The notes beneath the pieces are model-generated. The model was not told the origin of the DNA. It saw nothing but the letters and a program-made list of their open reading frames with translations, and did not search any database. DNA of 64,000 bases from Coleofasciculus sp. B1-GNL1-01 (GTDB lineage Bacteria > Cyanobacteriota > Cyanobacteriia > Cyanobacteriales > Coleofasciculaceae). This document shows, one piece after another, positions 42,572 through 50,832 of this stretch (positions are counted from its first letter, which is position 1; every line of letters begins with the position of its first letter). The position numbers and the translations under genes are program-made. The stretch is taken from the NCBI GenBank assembly GCA_040220235.1, contig JAVJTO010000070.1; one strand, given 5' to 3'.

Positions 42572-43006
42572 ATGAACGGTAAATTTTATTTATTAGAGTG
42601 TGGGGATAATGATGTTCTGTCGTTTGGAGAGGATACATACAAGGTTCATAAATTGAAAAAGGCTTTAAATCAATCCTTGACTTCAGATATCGGAGCGAAA
42701 TTCAACGATAGTTTAAGTGATAATGGAGTGACTATCGATGAAACTATTCTGAAATCCGCAGGTGATGATAATGACTCAGGGAAATGGTTTAGCCAGGGAA
42801 TCGATTGTGAAATTCTCAAGTTAGGTGCGGATCGCTGGAAAAAAGGAAAGGTGAAACTGAAAATTAATCTGGAATTTTATATAGAAGAACAGAGTGCTGT
42901 AGAAACCTATCGCCGAAATAATTTAAAACTTGAGCCATCTGAAGCCCCACTTACGAATCTGCGTCAGATTGTTCATCAGGATGAGAGTCAGCCAGAAAAC
43001 CAATAA
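42572..43006 (+). CDS. KGK domain protein
   Basis: DNDVLSF, WFSQGIDCEILKLG...WKKGKVKLKINLEF. Confidence 0.85.
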   Translation: MNGKFYLLECGDNDVLSFGEDTYKVHKLKKALNQSLTSDIGAKFNDSLSDNGVTIDETILKSAGDDNDSGKWFSQGIDCEILKLGADRWKKGKVKLKINLEFYIEEQSAVETYRRNNLKLEPSEAPLTNLRQIVHQDESQPENQ

Positions 43007-43015
43007 ATCAGATAG

Positions 43016-43405
43016 TCAACATTTTTGATTCAATGGGTGTGCGGCGCGATCGCTCATAATTTCTGCGATTATATCACCAACGACTTGGGGTTCATCTTCC
43101 CAGCCACCTAGCCTTTTGAAGAGGCGATTAAAATCGCTGCTACACAAACAAAGTCCGCCTGCGCGGACTGGGTTATAACGGGGGTAGCTAACCCGGATTT
43201 GGTATAAAAGCATCCCCACTTTGCCAATTACTTTTAATCCAATTTGTTTAGCTTGAACTCTCAGCCAGCTTAATGTGCTTCTGACTTCAACAACTACGGT
43301 GGGAGGTGCAAATATAACAGGAAAGACTTGGGGGAGTAAATCTAACTGTCCAATGCGTTCTAAGCCAATCAGACAAGTACTATTAGTAACGGCTGGTTGG
43401 GTCAA
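43016..43405 (-). pseudogene. Broken DUF3368 (PIN-like) toxin: internal deletion, repeat insertion, unrelated tail
   Basis: AVTNSTCLIGLERIGQLDLL start runs straight into AKQIGLKVIG.VGMLL without the GEAEAI/DD core; repeat DNA at 43118-43207. Confidence 0.65.
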
Positions 43406-44355
43406 AGATTAACCTCCTCTTGCAAGTCTTCTGGAGGATAATCGATTACAGGAACTCCTCGTTTGCCAAGTAATTCGATAAAGGTGGCTTTGGAATAGCC
43501 TGCTAATTTTGCCGCTTGTCCAAGGGAGAGGTGTCCGGTTTCAAAGAGTTTAATCATGAGTAAATGCCAAAAATTACTATAACGGGAATCTACCAACTGA
43601 ACTGGCAAATCTTGTGAGGTGACAATTAACCGACTTTGACAAGATTCGGCGGATAACAAGCTCAAAAATAATTTGAGCCACCACTTATCAGCAAAATTCC
43701 CCCAACCTTCTTCTTCATTTCCCGTTAGCAATCTTTCCAGAGAATCAATCAGCACCAGCACCTGATTCTTGTGCAGGTGTTTGACTAATCTGTACAGCAA
43801 TCGTTCTGGCTGTTTCTCTTCTGCTGAGAGTCTTTCTCCCCACTCTTCCAACCATCTGGCGGCGACACTGGCAAAATCTGTGGTTTTGTCTTGATAATCA
43901 AAATTAGCTCTCCGCAGGTTATTTTTCCAATCCCCCTGAAACCAGTCTTGTAGTTCCACCGTCAAGCGTTCAGCCAAGGCGGTTTTACCAATTCCGGTGA
44001 TACCCACCAGCAGTAATAGCCGATACGTCCCTCGCAGTTTCTGATTCAGTTGAGTAACTAACTGTTCTCGACCTACCCAGGCTTCGTCATAAGCAAAAAA
44101 TTCGGGTCTGGAATCTGTCGGCGACGGTGGACTATCATCAACAATCTCTTGCCAATTCTCTATCCCGACAGCCTGACAAATTCCAATAAAGGCATCTTGC
44201 TGAATGGGTAATCCCCGCCGGAACCGCTTCAGGGTTGCTTGTGTCGTGTTGGCATCTTGATACCAAGCGGCGGCTGTCGCTGTCCAGCCTTTCTTTCGTC
44301 TTGCCTGATCGACTATTTCCAGTCCGGGTTTAGATGCTTTGAGAGTAACCGCCAT
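43402..44355 (-). CDS. Chimeric truncated HTH-STAND/AAA ATPase fused to a UPF0175 antitoxin C-terminus
   Basis: GITGIGKT, VLIDSLE, LIVTSQ, then KLFETGHLSLGQAAKLAGYSKATFIELLGKRGVPV. Confidence 0.7.
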   Translation of the reverse strand: MAVTLKASKPGLEIVDQARRKKGWTATAAAWYQDANTTQATLKRFRRGLPIQQDAFIGICQAVGIENWQEIVDDSPPSPTDSRPEFFAYDEAWVGREQLVTQLNQKLRGTYRLLLLVGITGIGKTALAERLTVELQDWFQGDWKNNLRRANFDYQDKTTDFASVAARWLEEWGERLSAEEKQPERLLYRLVKHLHKNQVLVLIDSLERLLTGNEEEGWGNFADKWWLKLFLSLLSAESCQSRLIVTSQDLPVQLVDSRYSNFWHLLMIKLFETGHLSLGQAAKLAGYSKATFIELLGKRGVPVIDYPPEDLQEEVNL

Positions 44356-44497
44356 GCTTATCTATTGAATGTCCGGTTGATGGCTCAATTTTGGCTCACT
44401 TTCAACGGTAGCAGCAAGAATGAGCTGAAAGTGCAGCTTTTAGATATGGGTAGCTAAGGAATCATAAAGATGTTGAACGCAAAGGAAAGACAAATTC

Positions 44498-44761
44498 ATG
44501 TCCAAGGAACAAGCTACGATTTCCACCAGCCAAACTAACCCAACGACTCCACCTATCGATCCGACGCCGTTATTGCAGTATGGGGATAATCCGACGGCGA
44601 TTATTCTGAGTATCGCTATTCTACTGTGGGTCTTGCGTCCGGTGATGTTACGCCAACAATCAAATCCTGGGGAAACGCTGGGATCGACTCAGGGTAAGTT
44701 GACACCTTGGGGTAGAGGCGCGATCGCAGCCTTTATGCGTACTTTTAATTCCAACAGTTAA
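44498..44761 (+). CDS. Small single-TM protein divergent from the STAND gene
   Basis: PTAIILSIAILLWVL hydrophobic stretch; AAGGA upstream. Confidence 0.55.
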   Translation: MSKEQATISTSQTNPTTPPIDPTPLLQYGDNPTAIILSIAILLWVLRPVMLRQQSNPGETLGSTQGKLTPWGRGAIAAFMRTFNSNS

Positions 44762-44779
44762 CGGTTCAGCGCCGAGGAT

Positions 44780-45175
44780 GGCTGGGTTATGGCGGATATC
44801 TAATTAATTAAGATGGCGGCTTGGTACACCTAAGCAAGATGAATTAGAATTACGCCCGGAAACCGTAGGGGCGCAAAGCTTTGCGCCCGATTCAATGGTA
44901 AAATCTATTCCACAATTTTAGCTGTGTCAAGCCAATAGGCTTGCATCCTTTACTACGAACTAGGAACTTGGTGCGATCGCACTGAAAGCAGACTAGGCGA
45001 GCATTTGATAGGCTCGCATCCCTTACTACAAACTGTATTAGCTAAGGATTGGTGGGTTACGGCGGATATCTAATTAAATGGTTATGTCTTACAATTGAGT
45101 CCCGCCTAACCCACCCTACCAGACTGATCCCTGATTTGCCAGCAGTATCCTAAGTCGGGGATCTGAAGTACCTCA
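44780..45175. repeat. Repeat-dense intergenic tract (MITE, REP and duplicated pieces)
   Basis: GGCGGATATCTAATTAA x2, ATAGGCT.GCATCC.TTACTAC x2, GGCTTGGTACACCTAA/TTAGCTGTGTCAAGCC ends, GTAG REP. Confidence 0.65.
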
Positions 45176-45245
45176 CTGATGCTTCTGTTGTAAAAAAATT
45201 CAGCAAAATTTTGATCGGCTTGTCACCCCATCAGAGAATTTGCAC

Positions 45246-45761
45246 TTAGGTTTGCAGTTCGTTGAATTTGGCGCGAATAGTTTCTACCCGTTTGCGGTTG
45301 ACGCCTAAATCGGATTGTCCTAAACGCGATGCTGAACGAACATGGATAACATTCGCTCCTTCATCTAGGAAAAATTCTACGTCATCGACGAACCCCATCA
45401 GCTTAGTCGCGAATTCGGCGTAAAGATAATTCTCTGATTCCGTGATAATTTTGGTTCTTTCCATGTTCTCAATCAGGGTTTTTAGGTCAGCTATTGCCTT
45501 AGCTGGTGCTGATTTGTAGGTTAACGGATCAATTTTATGTTGGGCATCTTGAGCTTGACTGTTGACACAGTTTGGCGTTTCGGGACAGGTAGTTAACTTC
45601 CCTGACTCAACACCAAGATTCGTGGGTCGTTTTCCAGCAAACATCTCTCCTCCTGAAACAGTTAAGGTTACGCCTATAGAGGCAGAAACAATGAAGATTA
45701 AAGCAATCAAGACGATCAAAATAGCTTTAAGTGGTGATCGCTTTTGCGCTTCTAATGTCAT
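45246..45761 (-). CDS. DUF1499 family protein
   Basis: CPETPNCVNSQ, GFVDDVEF, RSASRLGQSDLGVNRKR. Confidence 0.9.
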   Translation of the reverse strand: MTLEAQKRSPLKAILIVLIALIFIVSASIGVTLTVSGGEMFAGKRPTNLGVESGKLTTCPETPNCVNSQAQDAQHKIDPLTYKSAPAKAIADLKTLIENMERTKIITESENYLYAEFATKLMGFVDDVEFFLDEGANVIHVRSASRLGQSDLGVNRKRVETIRAKFNELQT

Positions 45762-45909
45762 AGTGTTTGTCCTTTGTCATTCGTTATTTGTCCTTTGCCT
45801 TAATTAATCATTTAGACAGGGTGGGTTTGAGGGATAGCAAAAGGCAGAGGCTAGAAGGCTTCAAGGCAGACGGTTTATTACTTCTTGAGCCAAGAAAAGA
45901 GTCACAGTT

Positions 45910-47229
45910 TTACCCATCAAACCTCAAGGCTTGACCGCGTACATCTGTGTGCAGTTTGCCCCGTTCATAAGCCACTTTACCTCCAACAATCGTCATCACC
46001 GACCATCCGGTTAAGTTCCAGCCTTCAAAGGGACTCCAACCACATTTAGTTAAGAGTTCCTCTCGCCGCACCGGATGGTAATTTTCTAAGTCTACTAAGA
46101 CCAAATCGGCATCATAACCGGGAGCGATCGCGCCTTTGTTGGGAATGCGATAGGCTTTAGCAGCAGCCGTAGACATCCAGTTGGAGACTTGGGCAACAGT
46201 ACAGCGTCCTTGTATGGCTTGGGTGAGCATTAAGGCTAAGGATGTCTCTACTCCCGGCATTCCTGAGGGACTATTGGGATAGGTTTGGGCTTTTTCCTCT
46301 AGGGTATGAGGGGCGTGATCCGTGGCAATAAAGTCAATGACGCCATCTAATAGCGCTTGCCAAAGGGTGGCATTATCCTGGGGCGATCGCAAGGGTGGGT
46401 TCATTTGCGCCAAGGTGCCGATTTCCTCATAGGCGCTGGTATTGAGGAGCAGGTGTTGAGGGGTGACTTCAGCCGTTACCCAACTGGGTTTATCTCGACG
46501 CAGTAACTCGGCTTCCTCCCCGGTAGACAGATGCAGAATATGCAGGCGTCGCTGATATTTTTTCGAGAGTTTCAGCGCCAGTTGAGTCGCATTTAGGGCG
46601 GCTTGATTATCCTGAATCTGGGAGTGAATTGCCGGATCATTAATTCCAGCAAATTTTTCCCGCCGTTCCCGGATTCGCTGTTGATCTTCAGCATGAACCG
46701 CAATTAGTCGGCTTCCCTCGGCAAAAATTGGGTCGAGGGCTTCCTCGCTATCCACTAATAGCCCCCCACGCATCGAACCCATAAATATTTTAATCCCACA
46801 GGTCGGCTGTGCCTCACGCAGATCGGGCAAATTTGCTGGCGTCGCGCCAATAAAAAAGCCGTAGTTGACTAAGCACTTCTCGGATGCCCGTTTCAGCTTA
46901 TCGTCTAAGGCGGCTTGAGTTGTGGTTAGGGGGCGAGTGTTGGGCATTTCCAGAAAGGAGGTAACGCCTCCCTTGGCACAAGCACAACTGGCGGTAAATA
47001 AGTCTTCCTTATGTTCTAAGCCCGGTTCGCGAAAATGAACTTGTGGATCGATAACTCCCGGCAACAATGTTAACCCTGTTGCGTCGATTTCCCTATCTGC
47101 CGAAGCTGAGATGTCTGGGGCAATCTGGACAATTTCTCGACCACGAGTGAGGACATCTCCCAGCAAAATGTCCCCTGTGGGCATGAGAATACGAGCATGG
47201 CGGATGAGTAAGCTTGAGTCAGAGGACAT
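45910..47229 (-). CDS. pyrC: Dihydroorotase (amidohydrolase superfamily)
   Basis: PGVIDPQVHFREPG, EMPNT.P, VHAED, MNPPLR, ATDHAPH. Confidence 0.85.
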   Translation of the reverse strand: MSSDSSLLIRHARILMPTGDILLGDVLTRGREIVQIAPDISASADREIDATGLTLLPGVIDPQVHFREPGLEHKEDLFTASCACAKGGVTSFLEMPNTRPLTTTQAALDDKLKRASEKCLVNYGFFIGATPANLPDLREAQPTCGIKIFMGSMRGGLLVDSEEALDPIFAEGSRLIAVHAEDQQRIRERREKFAGINDPAIHSQIQDNQAALNATQLALKLSKKYQRRLHILHLSTGEEAELLRRDKPSWVTAEVTPQHLLLNTSAYEEIGTLAQMNPPLRSPQDNATLWQALLDGVIDFIATDHAPHTLEEKAQTYPNSPSGMPGVETSLALMLTQAIQGRCTVAQVSNWMSTAAAKAYRIPNKGAIAPGYDADLVLVDLENYHPVRREELLTKCGWSPFEGWNLTGWSVMTIVGGKVAYERGKLHTDVRGQALRFDG

Positions 47230-47423
47230 AAGAAAATGCTAAAATTCCCAATAGCTTCAGTATTCCTACTTTAAAGCGAATTTTGTCCAGTTACTAGAGG
47301 AACCACTGCGGTTACAACCGCTTCGGTTACATTGGAAGAGATGAGCCTACTAATCGGCTGATTTTCCTCCGCTGATTTTCCCCCATCGTCCAACTCGTGA
47401 TTGCTTAAGGTGATTCAACGGCT

Positions 47424-48053
47424 ATGACTCGTGCCCAAAATCGAGACTCTGAAAAACAATCGGTACAAAAGACGGAAAATCCCTGGGTAGAGGGATTTAA
47501 GACCATTGGCTTAAGTATTTTTCTCGCGATCGGGATTCGCAGCTTTGTGGCAGAAGCGCGATATATCCCTTCGGGTTCTATGGAACCCACCCTACAGATT
47601 AACGATCGCCTGATTATTGATAAGATCAGCTATAACTTCCGTCAACCCCAGCGCGGAGACATTGTTGTCTTTTCTCCCACAGATGCGCTCAAGCAACAAA
47701 ATTTCAAAGACGCCTTTATCAAACGAGTGATTGGTCTTCCTGGCGAAACCGTGGAGGTGAAGGGAGGACGAGTTTATGTCAATGGTCAAGTCTTGCGGGA
47801 ACAATATATCGAAGAGGAAGCCGAATACAGCTACGGACCCGTGACTGTGCCTGAGGACAACTATTTGGTTTTGGGAGATAATCGCAATAATAGCTACGAC
47901 TCTCACTATTGGGGTTTTGTCCCCCGTAACAATATTATTGGACGAGCGATCGTCCGCTTTTGGCCCCTGGATCGGGTAGGTGAAGTCGATGTGATTGAAT
48001 CTGTGGCTCCAGACGCCTCTCCTTCAACCCAGATGCAACAGCCAGTAGACTAA
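47424..48053 (+). CDS. lepB: Signal peptidase I
   Basis: [30 protein letters not shown]. Confidence 0.95.
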   Translation: MTRAQNRDSEKQSVQKTENPWVEGFKTIGLSIFLAIGIRSFVAEARYIPSGSMEPTLQINDRLIIDKISYNFRQPQRGDIVVFSPTDALKQQNFKDAFIKRVIGLPGETVEVKGGRVYVNGQVLREQYIEEEAEYSYGPVTVPEDNYLVLGDNRNNSYDSHYWGFVPRNNIIGRAIVRFWPLDRVGEVDVIESVAPDASPSTQMQQPVD

Positions 48054-48095
48054 AACGTTTTCGGTGAAGCTTGCAGGAGAGCCGAGGAACAGGGG

Positions 48096-48120
48096 AAGGG
48101 GAGAAATTTCTCCCCTTTTC
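48096..48120 (+). terminator. Putative intrinsic terminator of lepB
   Basis: AAGGGGAGA/TCTCCCCTT hairpin followed by T residues. Confidence 0.55.
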
Positions 48121-48239
48121 TGTATGACCTGATACGCATGTCACTTTTGTAGTGGCGTGGCACACCTAATTGGGTAGATTAGCTTGGGTTCGTAGTAGGG
48201 AACCTTAGCCCTAATTTCTTATGTTTTCTGGGCGTAATG

Positions 48240-48308
48240 GTCGGGTAAAGTTTGAGGGTCGCCCCTCTCCCCTCCCCTGAGAACCGTACATGAGACTTCG
48301 CACTCATA
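48240..48308 (-). mobile_element. Group II intron 3' fragment (partial domain V plus domain VI)
   Basis: Minus strand TATGAG-TGCGAAGT-CTCATGTACGGTTC-TCAGGGGAGGGGAGAGG-GGCGAC-CCTC..TTTACCCGAC. Confidence 0.75.
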
Positions 48309-48566
48309 TTATATTTTTTTAACGCAGAGGTACGCAAAGGATGGCGCATAGGTACGCAGAGAAATTTGCTGTATTTGGGTGAAATTTTTATACTGAAGTT
48401 TCTCTGATGCTGATGTACTACAATTAGCTTAACGCCTTATCCAGTAATAGTGTGAACGATGATCGGTTAAAATCCTACTGGATACAATCTTCGGCTGCGA
48501 TGGCTGAACCTCTTATCTGATAACACTTTTGTCACTAAGCTGAGAGTATATTACTGATATTGAATT

Positions 48567-49859
48567 ATGGAAAGAATTGAAATTAAAGATTTTGTGGGAA
48601 TTAAAGATATTACGCTAGATGTCAAACCCATTAATATTTTGATCGGTCCCCAAGCCAGCGGGAAGAGTGTCGTCGCCAAGTTACTCTTCTACTTCAAAAG
48701 CTTTATATCTGAAATTCTTAACGCCGCAGAACGATCAAAACATAAAAGAGAGCTTGATCAAGATTTCAAAAGCAGATTTTATGAATATTTCCCGTCATCA
48801 TCCTGGGGAAACGCAAACTTTAAAATTTGTTATTATGTCGGTGAAGATTTTATTGAGATTTACCGAAAACGAAAAAACAAGAAAAGCTCACCGGAAGTGG
48901 TACTTAACTATTCAGAATTTTTTAAAGATGAATTTGTTTATTTGAGAAATATCATTCAGAAACAAAATGAGAAAGCCGCTGAACAAGATATGCCAGTTGG
49001 TGTTCTCTCTCGTTTCAATATTATCTATGATATACAGCGATCCTTTTTACGGGATGTAGCTAAAAAAGTTCCTCAAGTTGTCACGTTTTCACAATTATAT
49101 ATTCCAGCAGGACGATCCTTTTTTGCCAATCTCAAAAGTAGTATATTCACTTTTTTATCTGAGAACAAAGCTGTCGATCCGTTTCTGGTTGAGTTCGGGA
49201 ATTACTATGAAAGCGTGAAAAATCCGATTAGACTTGAAAGGTTGAGAGGAAGAGTCAATAACAAACAATTAAACGAGGAGATAGATAAACTTAGCACAAA
49301 AATTCTTTGCGGCAAGTATTTTCAAGAAGACGGGGAAGATTATCTGGCAATGGATAGAGGCAGAAAAATTAGTGTTTCAAATTCGTCTTCGGGACAACAA
49401 GAAGTATTGCCATTAGCTCTTATTCTTAGAGCAGTTGCATTATCAAAACCCAAAATAGGGGGTCAATCCATATATATTGAGGAGCCAGAGGCACATATTT
49501 TTCCAGCCGCTCAGAGAGATATGGTCGAGCTAATTTCTACAGTCTATAACTCTGGCAAAGATAACTTGCAGTTTTTTATTACAACTCATAGTCCTTATAT
49601 ATTAACGGCTTTCAATAATCTGCTTCAAGCCGGATTCTTGGCGGCTAATGCTACTGAAGAAAAGAAAAAAGAAATAGCTCGTTATGTTCCTACATCAAGA
49701 TTACTTGAGCCTAATGATCTGGCTGTATATTCTTTAGCCGATGGTTATTGCCATTCCATTCTCGATCTTGAAACAGGATTAATAGATACGAATATTATTG
49801 ATGACGTATCGAATGAACTAGCCATTCAGTTTGATCAACTTCTCGATATCAATCCATGA
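48567..49859 (+). CDS. ABC-type ATPase (AAA_15/AAA_21, AbiEii-like)
   Basis: GPQASGKS, YIPAGRS, SSSGQQE, IEEPEAH, TTHSPY. Confidence 0.88.
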   Translation: MERIEIKDFVGIKDITLDVKPINILIGPQASGKSVVAKLLFYFKSFISEILNAAERSKHKRELDQDFKSRFYEYFPSSSWGNANFKICYYVGEDFIEIYRKRKNKKSSPEVVLNYSEFFKDEFVYLRNIIQKQNEKAAEQDMPVGVLSRFNIIYDIQRSFLRDVAKKVPQVVTFSQLYIPAGRSFFANLKSSIFTFLSENKAVDPFLVEFGNYYESVKNPIRLERLRGRVNNKQLNEEIDKLSTKILCGKYFQEDGEDYLAMDRGRKISVSNSSSGQQEVLPLALILRAVALSKPKIGGQSIYIEEPEAHIFPAAQRDMVELISTVYNSGKDNLQFFITTHSPYILTAFNNLLQAGFLAANATEEKKKEIARYVPTSRLLEPNDLAVYSLADGYCHSILDLETGLIDTNIIDDVSNELAIQFDQLLDINP

Positions 49860-50296
49860 GAAATTTTGCCGAGTGTGAAACGATTAAGAGTGATACCTAT
49901 ATTGTTGTTACTGATCCTGGGAGTCGAAATAAACGAAGTAAATTCCGATTACATAATCCAAATCGGGCTACCATAAAAGTTGTTCAGGTAGATGATTGTG
50001 TGATTAAAGACGGTATCAGATGCGACTATTTACTCATATTGCCCAATGAACAAGAGGTTTATATTGAGTTAAAAGGTTCTAATGTTCAGCATGCGGTGGA
50101 GCAAATTGAAAGAGCGATTGAGGTGTTGTCTTGTAATTGCAAATCTCTGATTAAACTCTGCTTTATTTCAAGCACAAGATGTCCCATCAACTCAACTGAA
50201 ATACAGAATCTAAAGAAAAAGTTTAAACAAAAATATAATGCTAAACTCTTTATAAAGAATGGAGAAATTTCCTATACTTATGAGGGGAATTCATAG
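49856..50296 (+). CDS. Small PD-(D/E)XK-like nuclease coupled to the ATPase gene
   Basis: VDDC, RCDYLL, YIELKGS, AVEQI; ATGA overlap with the ATPase stop. Confidence 0.7.
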   Translation: MRNFAECETIKSDTYIVVTDPGSRNKRSKFRLHNPNRATIKVVQVDDCVIKDGIRCDYLLILPNEQEVYIELKGSNVQHAVEQIERAIEVLSCNCKSLIKLCFISSTRCPINSTEIQNLKKKFKQKYNAKLFIKNGEISYTYEGNS

Positions 50297-50582
50297 CGCA
50301 CGTCTGGAAAAGGGCGCACGTCTATGCGCCCCTACGTCGCCTCAATCATTGGGTAGTGAATCCGAGTCTGACGGTTCTGTATATTGACGAAATATACCTC
50401 AAGGGTTACGATCGCACCTGTCAAGCCAAAATCCGGCTAACCCTACCAAGGGTGTACTTCCCGGATTTGGGCGATACTCCTGCACCTTGGTGCGAAAGCT
50501 AGCACTCGCGCCCACCCTGACTTATGTGAAGATTCTGTAAAGATTAAACACTTAACATAAAGACTTGATAAAGATGTAAATT

Positions 50583-50612
50583 CTTAAAAAGTAATTAACC
50601 ATTTCTTTACAA
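50583..50612 (+). promoter_or_regulatory. Putative Pho box (SphR site)
   Basis: CTTAAAAA-gta-ATTAACCA-ttt-CTTTACAA at 11-bp spacing upstream of a phosphatase gene. Confidence 0.55.
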
Positions 50613-50832
50613 AACTTTGGCAAAGTATATTTGTACTCAAAAAAAATAGAAATATTACCAAGTAAGCGGCTTGGCATCTGTAATTTAGGTTACAGAAAAG
50701 GACGGGAAAACGAGAAGAGGTCAATTCCGCCGTGATAGCGCTGTGCATAAATTCCTCGATTCGCTTTCTCTTCCCCTTTATGCCCTAGCTGAGGATAACA
50801 CCTGAACAACCTGAGTTTTTTGTTAATTAAAC

